DNA from: Candidatus Woesearchaeota archaeon
GTDB lineage: Archaea > Nanobdellota > Nanobdellia > Woesearchaeales > 21-14-0-10-32-9
DNA: 64,000 bases
NCBI GenBank assembly: GCA_046543095.1
Contig: JBKHAC010000003.1
Location: 4,163 to 68,162, forward strand
Reading direction: 5' to 3'
The notes below the pieces were generated by a model. That model did no database searches and had not been told where the DNA came from. It saw nothing but the letters and a program-made list of their open reading frames with translations. This document shows, one piece after another, positions 9,252 to 19,256 of the stretch. Each line of letters opens with the position of its first letter. Position 1 is the stretch's first letter. The position numbers and the translations under genes are program-made.

Positions 9252-10730
9252 ATGTTTATAAAAAATTTAGAAGATTCGATGACGACTGCGATTGTTTGTA
9301 ATCAATGGGGTGATACTGGTAAGGGTAAATTTGTTGATTTGTTAGGTGAGCGTAGTGATATAATAATTAGGGGTACTGGTGGCGCGAATGCAGGTCATAC
9401 GATTAAGCTTAATGGTGATACTTATGTTTTTCATCTTTTGCCCTCGGGCATTCTTCATGATTCGCAGGGTAAAATTAATATTATTGGTTCGGGTGTTGCT
9501 TTTGATGCGAACATCGTAAAAGAAGAACTTGATATTTTAAAAGGGTATGGTAAATCTTTTGATAATTTAATGGTTGCATATAATTCTAAACTTGTTTTGC
9601 CTCATCATTTGTTGCTTGATAATTTAATTTCTAAAAAGAAAATTGGAACAACAGGTAAAGGTATTGGTCCTGTATATGAAGATTATATTGGTAGGCGTCG
9701 TTTAATTGTAAATGATATTTTAAATCCATCTACGTTTCATAAAAAATTAAGTGAGGTATTAGGTCATGCTCGTCGTTTTGTAACTTCTTTTGAGTCTGAT
9801 GTTGTTCATGATGTTATGAATTCTAAGCCTTTAAAAGAAGGTAGATATTTTTCTAATTCTGATAAAGTTTTTGATATTGATGCTATAGTTGAAGATTATG
9901 TTGCATTTGGGCGAGAATTTAAAGATATGATTCGTGATACTGATACATTTGCACGAGATAGATTGGGCAGGAAAAAAATTCTTTTAGAGGGTGCTCAAGG
10001 TCTATTATTGTCAAGTGATTATGGTGCGAGTCCTTTTATTACTTGTTCTGATTCAAGTATTAATGGTTTAGTTAAAGGGTCTGGTCTTAATAGGCCAGAT
10101 GTAGATTTAGTTTTGGGTATTGCTAAGTTTTACTTAACAAGAGTTGGTGAAGGTCCTTTTCCTTCTGAACTTGGTGGTTTAGTTTCTGATGAGTGGTGTA
10201 ATCATCTTGCAAATAGAGAATTGGAAGAAGAAAGTTATGCTTTTGCGGATATTAATGATGTTGATGATTTTAAGCGAGGTGTTGCAATTAGGCGGGTTGG
10301 TGATGAATATGGTGCAACAACTAAACGTCCTAGGAGAACTGGTTGGCTTGATTTGCCTTTATTAAAGTATGCGATGAATGTTAATGGTCCTAATTTGATA
10401 ATAACTAAGCCTGATGTTTTAACTGGTATGGATGATATTAAAATTGCATTTGCATATATGTATGAGGGTGATGATTATGCTTTTGGTGGTTCTGTTTTAA
10501 AGGAGGGTGATATTTTAACTAATCATATTCCTTTAAGTGAGGTTATGAGTAAATGTAGGCCGTTGTATGATGTATTTCCTGGTTGGACTGAAGACATATC
10601 TAAAATAAGTAATTACGATGATTTGCCTAGTAATTTTAAGAATATTTTAAATCATATTGAATCTGAAACGGGTGGTAAAATAAATATTGTATCTGTTGGT
10701 CCTGATAGATATCAGACAATTTTCAAATAA
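9252..10730 (+). CDS. purA: adenylosuccinate synthetase
   Basis: QWGDTGKGK P-loop, GGANAGHT, TTGKGIGP, GATTKRPRR. Confidence 0.92.
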   Translation: MFIKNLEDSMTTAIVCNQWGDTGKGKFVDLLGERSDIIIRGTGGANAGHTIKLNGDTYVFHLLPSGILHDSQGKINIIGSGVAFDANIVKEELDILKGYGKSFDNLMVAYNSKLVLPHHLLLDNLISKKKIGTTGKGIGPVYEDYIGRRRLIVNDILNPSTFHKKLSEVLGHARRFVTSFESDVVHDVMNSKPLKEGRYFSNSDKVFDIDAIVEDYVAFGREFKDMIRDTDTFARDRLGRKKILLEGAQGLLLSSDYGASPFITCSDSSINGLVKGSGLNRPDVDLVLGIAKFYLTRVGEGPFPSELGGLVSDEWCNHLANRELEEESYAFADINDVDDFKRGVAIRRVGDEYGATTKRPRRTGWLDLPLLKYAMNVNGPNLIITKPDVLTGMDDIKIAFAYMYEGDDYAFGGSVLKEGDILTNHIPLSEVMSKCRPLYDVFPGWTEDISKISNYDDLPSNFKNILNHIESETGGKINIVSVGPDRYQTIFK

Positions 10731-10739
10731 TTTTTTTTG

Positions 10740-11567
10740 TTATTGTTTTTGTATGAGTTTTTTTATTATTAATTTTGCATCATTTGGTGTTTTTGCGATG
10801 TGTAGGTAGTTTGTGTATTCTTTTTTTAATCTTTCAACTAGTAATTCGTGGTTATGGTATGAGAAATGTATTAATACGCAGGGTATTTTTTCTTTGAGGA
10901 AGTCTTCTACATTTCTGGGGTCGTCTTCAAGAAAACATATTATTTCTTTATTTTTGTATTCTTGCATATTTTTTATTTCGTTGTATGCATTTATTTTTTT
11001 ATTTTCAAAAAATATTTTCTTAAGGCCTGCTTCATTTTTTATATTCCAGTTATGTGTTAATTGGGTTAAATATTGGTATTTTTCTGGTTGTGTTTTTATG
11101 TGTGCTGCGCGTGCGGTGATGCCTATTATGTGTATTTCTGGATTTTCATTTTTTATATCTTTATTTAATTCGTGTATTTCTTTAACTATACCTTCTTGGT
11201 AGTGTTTACTTGAAAAAAAGTCTTCGAATGTTGCAAAAAAGTAGGCTTCAATTTCTAAATCTTCTTCTGTTTCGTGTTCTCGGTATAATTTTTTTATTTT
11301 GAGCATTTCTTTTATTTTTTTTGCGTGCTCTTCATATTTTTCTCGTAAATTTTTTGTGGTTGTTTTTGTGCATTCTCCTTTTTTTGCTGCATCCATTAGG
11401 TAGTCTATTAAATAGGCTTTATCGCTTTCTAGATATTTTTGTGCAAGTTCTTCTTCAATTAATTTTTCTTCAACTAGGAATTTTGTGTGTTGTTCTTTAA
11501 AGGGGTAAGATACATTATCTATGTCTTGTAATATTATTTTTTTTATATCTTGTTTAAAAGTTTTCAT
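10740..11567 (-). CDS. hypothetical protein (K/E-rich)
   Basis: Start set to the ATG at 11567, which forms an ATGA overlap with the trxB stop. The longer track ORF would run inside trxB. Confidence 0.55.
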   Translation of the reverse strand: MKTFKQDIKKIILQDIDNVSYPFKEQHTKFLVEEKLIEEELAQKYLESDKAYLIDYLMDAAKKGECTKTTTKNLREKYEEHAKKIKEMLKIKKLYREHETEEDLEIEAYFFATFEDFFSSKHYQEGIVKEIHELNKDIKNENPEIHIIGITARAAHIKTQPEKYQYLTQLTHNWNIKNEAGLKKIFFENKKINAYNEIKNMQEYKNKEIICFLEDDPRNVEDFLKEKIPCVLIHFSYHNHELLVERLKKEYTNYLHIAKTPNDAKLIIKKLIQKQ

Positions 11568-12490
11568 TTGTGTTCTTTGTGTTCGAGGTATTTCTCTGCT
11601 TGCATTGCTGCCATACATCCGCTTCCTGCGGCTGTTATTGCTTGTCTGAATTTGTAATCTTGTACATCTCCTGCACCGAATACGCCGTTTATATTTGTTG
11701 TCATATCTCTATCTGTTTTTAAATATCCGTTGTCGTGGAGGTCTAGCTTTCCTTTAAAGATTGTTGTGTTTGGTATGTGTCCGAGGGCGAGGAATACTCC
11801 GTGGCATTTAAACTCTGTAACTTCGTTTGTTTTATTATTTTTGAGTTTGACTCCTGTAAGTCCTTGCGTGTCTCCTATGTATTCTATGATTTCGCTATTC
11901 CATATTACTTCTATTTTTGGGTTGTTTAGTGCTCTATCTTGCATTATTCTGCTTGCTCGAAATTCATCTTTTCTATGTATTATTGTGACTTTGTTTGCGA
12001 ATTTTGTAAGAAATGTTGCCTCTTCCATGGCTGAGTCGCCTCCGCCTACGACGACGACGTCTTTTCCGCGGTAGAAGAATCCGTCGCATGTTGCGCATGT
12101 TCCGACGCCTTTTCCTTTGAATTTTTTCTCTGATTCAAGTCCGAGCCATCTTGCGCTTGCGCCTGTTGCGATAATTAAGGATTTTGTTTCTATTTCTTCT
12201 CCGTTTGAGAGTGTTAATTTGAAGTTTCCGTTTTGTTCTTCGAAGTTCGTTGCGATTTCTTGTTTAAATCTTGCGCCGAATCGTTCTGCTTGTTTTTTTG
12301 TGTTCTCGACGAGTTCGGGTCCTTGTATGCCTTCTGGGAATCCTGGGAAGTTTTCAACATCTGTTGTCATTGTGAGTTGTCCTCCGCTCTCTGGTCCTGA
12401 TATTATGAGTGGGTTTAGTGTTGCGCGCGCGGCATATACTGCGGCGGTGAGTCCTGCGATTCCGTTTCCAAGTATTATTATATTTTCCAT
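11564..12490 (-). CDS. trxB: thioredoxin-disulfide reductase
   Basis: FAD motif GNGIAGLTAA, redox CATCDG, NADPH motif GGGDSAMEEA, C-terminal GAGDV. Confidence 0.92.
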   Translation of the reverse strand: MENIIILGNGIAGLTAAVYAARATLNPLIISGPESGGQLTMTTDVENFPGFPEGIQGPELVENTKKQAERFGARFKQEIATNFEEQNGNFKLTLSNGEEIETKSLIIATGASARWLGLESEKKFKGKGVGTCATCDGFFYRGKDVVVVGGGDSAMEEATFLTKFANKVTIIHRKDEFRASRIMQDRALNNPKIEVIWNSEIIEYIGDTQGLTGVKLKNNKTNEVTEFKCHGVFLALGHIPNTTIFKGKLDLHDNGYLKTDRDMTTNINGVFGAGDVQDYKFRQAITAAGSGCMAAMQAEKYLEHKEHK

Positions 12491-12650
12491 TTTTTTTTAT
12501 CTCTCCTTATTTTTTATTATGTAGTGTGGTTTATTATGTAATTTTTTTTATTACTATGTTGTTTTTAGTAATTGGTTGGTGTTTTATATTGTTTTTGGAT
12601 AAATTCTTTTTTTTCTTGTTTTTTTGAGAATCTTTCATTTGAGGGGTTTG

Positions 12651-12739
12651 TTACAAATTGGGTTTGATGCCTTGCGGCTTCGTGGGCGATTTTGGACTCA
12701 ATTTGTAATTGATAAGAAAATTCGCCAGCGAAAATTCGC
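12651..12739. other. GC-richer structured intergenic element (10-bp stem plus a 10-nt direct repeat)
   Basis: ttacaaattg (12651-60) pairs with caatttgtaa (12699-708). gaaaattcgc occurs twice (12716-25, 12730-39). Shares aatttgtaat with the hairpin-element family. Confidence 0.3.
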
Positions 12740-12792
12740 GTCAGTACTCTGCGGCTCTGCTGCGCGAGATAGTGGATTTTAGGATTTTCGTT

Positions 12793-13548
12793 TTATTTAT
12801 CTTTGAATGAATTTAGATATATTGCAGTTGTTGTGCCTTTTCCTATTTCGCTTTGTATTTCAAACTCTCCGTTTAATCTTTCTGTGAGTTTTTGTGCTAC
12901 TATTAGGTTTAAGTCGGAGTCGTTCACGTTGAATTTTTGGAGATATTCTTGTTGTGTCGTGCTTATTTTTTTCAGTTGGTCTTTAATGTCAAATCCTTGG
13001 CTTGTATCTTGCACATATAGTTTTATTTTGTTTTCTAACTTTTCTGCGCCGAGTAGAATTGTTCCTTGTTGTGTGTTTGCCTCGCTATATGTTAGCATAT
13101 TTAGTATTGTTCTTTGTAGGTTTGTTTGGTTTGCAAATATTTTTGTTCCTTTAATGCTTTCTATATTTTTTTGTATTTGTAAGTTTCCTTGGTGTGCGTA
13201 GTAGAATGTTGTGAAGATTTCATTTATTGCAGGGTATAGTTGTATTAAGTCGTTTGTTCCGTTTTCTCTTCCTGTTTGTGCTATTTTTATTTGTGCTCGT
13301 GATGCGGACTCTAAGTAGTCTGTTATTTTTTTTGCTTGTTTAATTAAACTGCGGTATGTGTCTTTTTCTTCAGTTTCAATATTTAGTTTTTTTAGTAGTG
13401 TTTCTTGTTCGTCTTCTATTTCTTTTAACAATTCTGTTAAGGCGAGATGTTGTGTTTTGAGTTCGTTTGTGTGTTTCGTTGCAAGTATTAATCTCTCTTT
13501 ATGTGTTAGTTGTGGGGTTTCGTTTTGTTTTGTTTCTTTTTTATTCAT
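12793..13548 (-). CDS. GHKL/HATPase_c-domain protein (histidine-kinase-like), coiled-coil N-terminus
   Basis: The C-terminus carries G-box-like motifs: QDTSQGFD, LNGEFEIQSEIGKGTTTAIYL. No clear H-box, and no receiver gene nearby. Confidence 0.55.
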   Translation of the reverse strand: MNKKETKQNETPQLTHKERLILATKHTNELKTQHLALTELLKEIEDEQETLLKKLNIETEEKDTYRSLIKQAKKITDYLESASRAQIKIAQTGRENGTNDLIQLYPAINEIFTTFYYAHQGNLQIQKNIESIKGTKIFANQTNLQRTILNMLTYSEANTQQGTILLGAEKLENKIKLYVQDTSQGFDIKDQLKKISTTQQEYLQKFNVNDSDLNLIVAQKLTERLNGEFEIQSEIGKGTTTAIYLNSFKDK

Positions 13549-13906
13549 TTTATCTCACCTCCAAGAAGTTGTTTAATTACTTAGTAGTGATTATTTATTT
13601 ATAAGTGTTTTGTTTTGTTTCCTTTTTTTATTTAATTTTTTTTTCTATTCAGCTGGTTTTAAACCTTATTTGAATGTATTATTTTAAAAAAAAAGTTATT
13701 AATCTATGTTTTTTAACTAATAAGGGATTTCAAGGAGGTTATTTGGGTTTTTGTTGATTTATTGTGTGGTGGGTTTGAAGTCTCTTGGCGCTACTATATG
13801 GATTAATAATTTCATGTTTTTAGATTTTGTGAAGCCAAATCCTTATAAATGTCAATGTGTTTATTTTATTTAGATATTATTTATTTTTAAACAGAATTTA
13901 ATTAAA

Positions 13907-14797
13907 ATGGTTAAAAAACGTATTGATTTGAAACTTGTAGATAAAAAGAACTTGATCAAAGCTCCTTTTAATTATTTCTTACTTTACATAAAAGGTTTAT
14001 TTATGGGTTTATTTGACTTAGTTCCAGGTATATCAGGGGGATCTGTTGCTTTAATTGCAGGTATTTATGAAGATTTAATTTTTGAGATAAATAATGTATT
14101 TTCTTTTCTAAAAAGTTTGTTGTCTTTCAATTTTAATAAAATAAAAACTGCGTGGTTAAATATAAGCATAGTATTTATAGTTATCTTGGGTGTTGGTATT
14201 ATTTCGGGAATATTTTTAAGTGTATTTACTTTAAGTTTTCTGCTCAAAAATTACTTTGTTGAAACTATGGGTTTCATTGCGGGTTTAATTTTGTTATCGG
14301 GTATTTTGTTATCTAAAAAATATTTATCTAAAAATAATTATTTATTTGGCGTAATAGGGCTATGTTTAGGAATAGTAATATCTATATTATCGCCTATTGC
14401 GGGACACTCGTTTAGTTTTTTTCAAATCTTTTTGCTTGGCGCGATAACTATTACTGCTATGATTTTACCAGGTATATCTGGTGCACTTATTCTTCTTCTT
14501 TTAGGCGGTTATGATTTTATGCTCTTTGCATTAAAAAACATATCTGATAATTATTTAGTTGTTATTATCTTTTTATTAGGTGCTGTGATGGGTCTTGGTG
14601 TGTTCAGCAGAGGTATATCTTATTTATTAAAAAAATATCATAATAAAACATTAATATTTCTCTCAGCTTTAATGGTTGGTGCAACTACGAAGCCTATTAT
14701 TGAGGTTAGTGGTCATCAGAATTATTTGTTTAGTTTGCCTTTTTTTATTTTGGCTATTTTGTTAGGTTTTATTTTTTATAGGAAATTTAATTTATAA
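13907..14797 (+). CDS. DUF368 family membrane protein (polyprenyl-phosphate transporter family)
   Basis: Duplicated PGISGG / PGISGA motifs in a polytopic membrane protein. Confidence 0.7.
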   Translation: MVKKRIDLKLVDKKNLIKAPFNYFLLYIKGLFMGLFDLVPGISGGSVALIAGIYEDLIFEINNVFSFLKSLLSFNFNKIKTAWLNISIVFIVILGVGIISGIFLSVFTLSFLLKNYFVETMGFIAGLILLSGILLSKKYLSKNNYLFGVIGLCLGIVISILSPIAGHSFSFFQIFLLGAITITAMILPGISGALILLLLGGYDFMLFALKNISDNYLVVIIFLLGAVMGLGVFSRGISYLLKKYHNKTLIFLSALMVGATTKPIIEVSGHQNYLFSLPFFILAILLGFIFYRKFNL

Positions 14798-14810
14798 GTT
14801 AGATGTTTGA

Positions 14811-14944
14811 TTAGTTGGCGACATAAAAAATTTGTAATGCCTAAAAGAGCCTTAGGTTCGCACTCGTTAACACTAGACTCGGTTTATAAAGCGAGGATCA
14901 AAGCGATGCTCTTTGCATTACAAAAAACTTTTATCGCGGATTAG
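14811..14944 (+). repeat. hairpin-element family 1, copy 1A (134 bp)
   Basis: 6 mismatches in 134 nt versus the reverse complement of 19947..20080. Its ends form a long imperfect stem (ggcgacat..tttgtaatgcctaaaagagc / gctctttgcattacaaa..atcgc). Confidence 0.8.
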
Positions 14945-14988
14945 ATTTAATAATTTAAAATAAAAATTTAATAAAAAAGTTTGATTAG

Positions 14989-15369
14989 TTATTCTCGAAC
15001 AAGTCTCCAGTGAAATAAGAATAGGGGAATTCCTACTATGAGTAATGCAAGGTTTCTTGCTGCGCCTTCTCTGTCGCGATAATTATTTGCGCGTTCAGCA
15101 GTAGCTTCCCATGCCTCATAATCTCGAAGCCAATTATCAAGTAATATTCTATCTTCTGCGCTAAGATCATCGCAGGTTTCAAGTGTATCTAATTTGTTTG
15201 TAAAATAAGGCATTGGGGGTTGCATGCTCCAAGGGTCTTGCGCGTTAAAAACTAGGTTTTTAAGTCCTAAGTTTATAAGTCCTACTGAGCCTATAACAAT
15301 TAAAACTAGGCCTAACATTGAAAATAAATATAAATATACTCGCCCAACAGAATCTTTGTAACTTTTCAT
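14989..15369 (-). CDS. hypothetical membrane protein (TM helices at both ends)
   Basis: ORF with - strand-type codons. Hydrophobic N- and C-terminal segments. Confidence 0.55.
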   Translation of the reverse strand: MKSYKDSVGRVYLYLFSMLGLVLIVIGSVGLINLGLKNLVFNAQDPWSMQPPMPYFTNKLDTLETCDDLSAEDRILLDNWLRDYEAWEATAERANNYRDREGAARNLALLIVGIPLFLFHWRLVRE

Positions 15370-15410
15370 GTTCTTATCCTCGTTTATTTTAATATTTTTC
15401 AGTTTACTAT

Positions 15411-15641
15411 TTATTTATTTGTGCAACTGCAGGTGTAATCTGTTAATTTTCGTTTAGGTGTACCTTCCTCGTATTCTTCGAGTTTCTTTAATGCTTCTTC
15501 GTATTTCTCTGAGGATTCATCTTTTTTATCATCTAAATTTATGTGTGTAAAATTAGAACGTCTATTACAAAGCATACATTTTTGTGGCTTATTGCTCTGT
15601 TTTATTATTGCCCCGCAGCTCTCGCAGCTCCATGCATCCAT
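15411..15641 (-). CDS. small zinc-ribbon protein
   Basis: CESCG..x14..CMLCN knuckles followed by an acidic tail. Confidence 0.5.
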   Translation of the reverse strand: MDAWSCESCGAIIKQSNKPQKCMLCNRRSNFTHINLDDKKDESSEKYEEALKKLEEYEEGTPKRKLTDYTCSCTNK

Positions 15642-15718
15642 AAATATAGTAAATGAGTATTACTTTATATTTTTATTGTTATATTTGCTGAGGGATTATT
15701 TTATGAGATCAGTTTTCA

Positions 15719-15915
15719 GGCCTCGCAGGTTTCATGCGCCTCATAGAACTTCTAATAAACTTTTAACAATTTTGCTATTTTGCCTAAAGTCTTGGCGTAG
15801 TTCTAGATTAAACTTGCAGAGTTGTGTGGGTCTCTATTTAAATGTCTAGATATCGTGAAAAAGGAGCATGCCTCATTTAAGATTTTATTGATTCGAAAAG
15901 GATTTATGCGAGGTC
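15719..15915 (+). mobile_element. MITE-like family 2, diverged copy 2C
   Basis: Aligns with 43710..43874 over aaatgtcta..aaaaggagcat..ttaagattttattgattcgaaaaggattt. The left end carries two TIR-like segments (ggcctcgca.., gcgcctcatagaa..). No clean TSD. Confidence 0.5.
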
Positions 15916-15921
15916 ATTTTA

Positions 15922-16051
15922 GTTCGCGACATTAATAAAGTTTAATGCCTAAACGAGTGTTCGATTTACAAATAAAACTTCACTATGCTCGGTATTAAAT
16001 ACTAATTAAAAAACGATACTCGTTGCATTATACAATACTTTTGTCGCTAAC
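15922..16051 (+). repeat. hairpin-element family 1, diverged copy 1C
   Basis: Same architecture as 1A: gttcgcgacat..taatgcctaaacgag / ctcgttgcatta..ttttgtcgc. Shares the central gctcggta motif. Directly abuts copy 2C. Confidence 0.55.
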
Positions 16052-16066
16052 TATTTTTTAGTAAAG

Positions 16067-16074
16067 TTTATAAT
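16067..16074 (+). promoter_or_regulatory. TATA box (tttataat) for the antiporter gene
   Basis: Ends 19 nt before the ATG at 16094, and no SD is visible. This suggests a leaderless or short-leader mRNA. Confidence 0.45.
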
Positions 16075-16093
16075 CTCTTGCATTACATATAGT

Positions 16094-17449
16094 ATGATGG
16101 ATCCTTTAATAATTTTTGCTGTTATTTCTGCAATTATAATAATCGGGTATTTTGCTGAGCTTTTATTTAAAAAAACGGGCATTCCTGATGTTTTAATTTT
16201 AATTGGTATTGGTATTTTATTGAGGCATTTTTTTGAGGCGGTTCATCCTGAGAATTTCGGTCTTAGTGCTGGTTTATTTGCGACTTTTGCATTGATTTAT
16301 TTATTATTTCAAGGTGCACTTGCTATTGATTTTAAGACTTTGTTTTTATCATTAAAAGAGTCTGCTAAATTAACTTTTTTATCTTTTATTTTCACAGTTG
16401 TTGTATCTTCTTTTTTGGCTATTGTTTTATTTGGATTTAATATTCAATTGGCTTTGCTTTTTGGTATGATTATTGGCGGTACATCGAGTGCTGTTGTTAT
16501 TCCTTTGGTGAAAATGCTTCCTTTAAATAAAAAGCAAGGTAGTGCGCTTATGCTTGAATCTGCCATTAGTGATGTTTTGTGTATTGTTGGTGCTATGACT
16601 ATGATTAATATTATTATCTCGGGCGAGATTTCTGGTGCTAATATTTTTAAAAATATTTTATCGTCTTTCTCTCTTGCAATAATTGTTGGGGGTATTATTG
16701 GTTTGCTTTGGGTTTTCACATTGTTCAAATTTAAGGATTTGAGGCGCGCTCATATTGTAACTATTGCTGTTGTAATTGCGCTTTACTCTTTTGTTGAAAG
16801 TCCGTTCATTGAAGCTAGTGGTGCTATTGCTGCTCTCTCGTTTGGTCTTGTTTTAGGTAATAGTAAAACAATTATTGCTTTAAATAAAAAAGTTGATAAA
16901 GAAGAGCACTCGGAGATTATTGATGTTTTATCTAAGACTGCTCAAAGTTTTTTTAGTGAGATCTCTTTTTTTGTGAAAGTGTTTTTCTTTGTGTATTTAG
17001 GTATTTTAATGGATTTTTCAAATCCTATTATGTTTGCTATTGCAGGAGTTATGGTTTTCAGTATTTATATGGTGCGGCCATTTGTTGTGTGGCTTACTCA
17101 TAAAAAAGAAAATCTGGATGATTATTCTAGGACTAATCTTGAAATTTTAATTCCTAAGGGTCTTGCTGCAGCGGTTCTTGTAAATATTACGATTCAAGAA
17201 GGCGTTCCTGGTGCTGATATGATGATTGCGCCGATTTTAGCAATAGTGCTTCTCAGTATTATTTTAACATCTGTTCTTGTGCCTCTTTCGCGTGCGGGTT
17301 ATTTTAAAGGGTTTACGAGGATATTCTATAGGCCTAAAATTGTGGTGGGTGTTGAAGGTGTGCAAGTTAGTAGTGTTCAAAAAAGAGAGGATTCGTTAAG
17401 TGATGTGTCTAACGTGTCAGATCAGGATGCTTCTAATTATAAAAAATAA
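16094..17449 (+). CDS. cation:proton antiporter (CPA1/NhaP-type Na+/H+ exchanger)
   Basis: About 12 TM helices with a hydrophilic tail. The overall pattern is that of the Na_H_Exchanger family. Confidence 0.75.
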   Translation: MMDPLIIFAVISAIIIIGYFAELLFKKTGIPDVLILIGIGILLRHFFEAVHPENFGLSAGLFATFALIYLLFQGALAIDFKTLFLSLKESAKLTFLSFIFTVVVSSFLAIVLFGFNIQLALLFGMIIGGTSSAVVIPLVKMLPLNKKQGSALMLESAISDVLCIVGAMTMINIIISGEISGANIFKNILSSFSLAIIVGGIIGLLWVFTLFKFKDLRRAHIVTIAVVIALYSFVESPFIEASGAIAALSFGLVLGNSKTIIALNKKVDKEEHSEIIDVLSKTAQSFFSEISFFVKVFFFVYLGILMDFSNPIMFAIAGVMVFSIYMVRPFVVWLTHKKENLDDYSRTNLEILIPKGLAAAVLVNITIQEGVPGADMMIAPILAIVLLSIILTSVLVPLSRAGYFKGFTRIFYRPKIVVGVEGVQVSSVQKREDSLSDVSNVSDQDASNYKK

Positions 17450-17698
17450 TATTTTTTCTTGTATTATTTACTGTATATTTGGGTAGTGGAGTTATATGGT
17501 GCACGAAAATTAAACAACTAATGGGGATTCTTTGAAATTTATTTTTAAAGCTCGAAAATTTGTAATTTTTGTGTAATCAAAGTTATAAAATTAGGTGTTT
17601 TAATCTGACAAATTTTATATTTGCGGGTGTTTTGTTTGATTCTTCCTATCTTAATATAAAAAAACTTAATAAATAAGGAGTGCATTCTATTAAATAAA

Positions 17699-19006
17699 AT
17701 GGAAAGAACTTTATTAAAAAATATACAAAATAAAATAAATGAAGATGTATTGATAAAAGGTTGGGTGCAAGATTTTAGGAACCTAAACAAATTAAAATTT
17801 ATTATTATTAGGGATAGAACTGGTCTTGGTCAGCTAATCGCTCTAAAAGATGAAACGCCTGAAAAAATCTATGAAAAAATCGCTGATTTACCGCAAGAAA
17901 CAGTCATAGAGGCTAAAGGTAAAGTTGTTGAAAATAAACAATCAAGGTTTGGTTATGAAATAAAAATAGGTGATATAAAAGTAATAACTAAAGCGAACAC
18001 TCCTCTGCCAATTGATAATTCTGATAAAAGTAATACGACTATAGACAAAAGAATTGATCACAGATTTCTTGACACGAGGAATATGAAGCATCAGGCGAAA
18101 TTCAAAATAAGAAGTAAAATTGTGAAAATATTAACAAATTTCTTTGATAAAGAAGGTTTTACAAATATTCAAACATCGAAGCTAACTAAAATAGGTGTTG
18201 AATCTGGTGCGGAATTATTTAAAGTGAATTACTTTGGTGATTCAGTGTATCTCTCGCAATCTCCTCAAGTATACAAACAAATGTTCGTTGCAGGAGGATT
18301 TGAACGCGTATTTGAAATTGGTCCTGTTTTTCGCGCAGAAAAATCAAACACAACAAGGCACCTCACAGAATTCACAGGGGTTGATTTCGAGATGGGGTTT
18401 ATTAATAACATGAACGATATTATGGATTTAATTGAGGCTATGATTAAAGACTTACTTGAGAATTTGAAAATTGATGCTGTATCTGAGTTAAACATATTTA
18501 ACATATCTTTAGTTGTGCCTAAAAAAATTCCAAGAATTGAAATGTCTGAGCTCAAAAAAGTGTTAAAAGAAAAAGGTAAAATTTTAAGCGAGGATGATGA
18601 TTTAGACTCTGAAGCTGAAAGGTTAATAGGTGAATATGCTAAAGAAAAATACAATTCAGACTTTATATTTGTAACAAAATATCCTTGGGAGGTTAGGCCG
18701 TTTTATCATATGAGGTCTGAGGATAATAAAGATGAAACTGAATCATTTGACTTACTTTTTAACGGTGTAGAAATTGCAACAGGTGCGCAAAGGGAGCATA
18801 GATTAGAGGTTCTAAGTGCGCAGTCAAAAGAGAAAGGCTTAAATCTTGATGACATGGAAAAATATAAAGAAATATTTGAATATGGTATGCCTCCTCACGG
18901 CGGGGCGGGTTTTGGCCTTGATAGGATAACTCAAAGGCTTCTCGGTATTGACAATGTACGTGAAGTTGTGCTCTTGCCACGTGATCCTGATAGGAAAACG
19001 CCTTAA
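17699..19006 (+). CDS. aspS: aspartate--tRNA ligase (archaeal type)
   Basis: N-terminal OB fold (GWVQDFRNLNKLKFIIIRD), class II motif 2 GPVFRAEKSNTTRHLTEF, motif 3 GGAGFGLDRI. Confidence 0.93.
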   Translation: MERTLLKNIQNKINEDVLIKGWVQDFRNLNKLKFIIIRDRTGLGQLIALKDETPEKIYEKIADLPQETVIEAKGKVVENKQSRFGYEIKIGDIKVITKANTPLPIDNSDKSNTTIDKRIDHRFLDTRNMKHQAKFKIRSKIVKILTNFFDKEGFTNIQTSKLTKIGVESGAELFKVNYFGDSVYLSQSPQVYKQMFVAGGFERVFEIGPVFRAEKSNTTRHLTEFTGVDFEMGFINNMNDIMDLIEAMIKDLLENLKIDAVSELNIFNISLVVPKKIPRIEMSELKKVLKEKGKILSEDDDLDSEAERLIGEYAKEKYNSDFIFVTKYPWEVRPFYHMRSEDNKDETESFDLLFNGVEIATGAQREHRLEVLSAQSKEKGLNLDDMEKYKEIFEYGMPPHGGAGFGLDRITQRLLGIDNVREVVLLPRDPDRKTP

Positions 19007-19011
19007 ATATT

Positions 19012-19022
19012 CTTTTTTTTTT
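19012..19022 (+). terminator. oligo-T terminator after aspS
   Basis: T11 run starts 6 nt after the stop codon. Confidence 0.5.
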
Positions 19023-19256
19023 ATTCATTTATTTTTTCGCTATATTATTTCTGTGGTTGTATTTGTCTTTATTTGTTTGTTTTTTTCTTCAATAAAGTTA
19101 CATTGGCTTTGTCCTGAATAGTTGTTTTTTTGTATACTGCTTAGCAAACCACTCAAAATAAACATTGACTTTTATAGACTCGGATTTAAACTCTGGTAAC
19201 CATTGTTTGGTTTGCGTAGTATACAATTCATTGTTATTTGGGTCAGAGCTGTTATA

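Noticed and set aside
10813-13576. Long antisense ORFs from the track opposite trxB, the K/E-rich gene and the GHKL gene. Examples are 10813..11202, 11730..12074, 12117..12524, 12803..13201 and 13358..13576. Analogous ones occur elsewhere: 677..919, 4240..4902, 7404..7613, 8833..9214, 16444..16728, 18265..19028, 22145..22648, 23775..24107, 24318..24665, 37959..40192, 45777..46199, 57453..58147, 60279..61538 and 63179..63745.
   Set aside because: Each lies fully inside a gene with recognisable conserved motifs on the other strand. Their low-complexity F/L/S/C-rich or K/N/T/R-rich products are what the strong strand bias produces by chance, and none has a promoter or SD.
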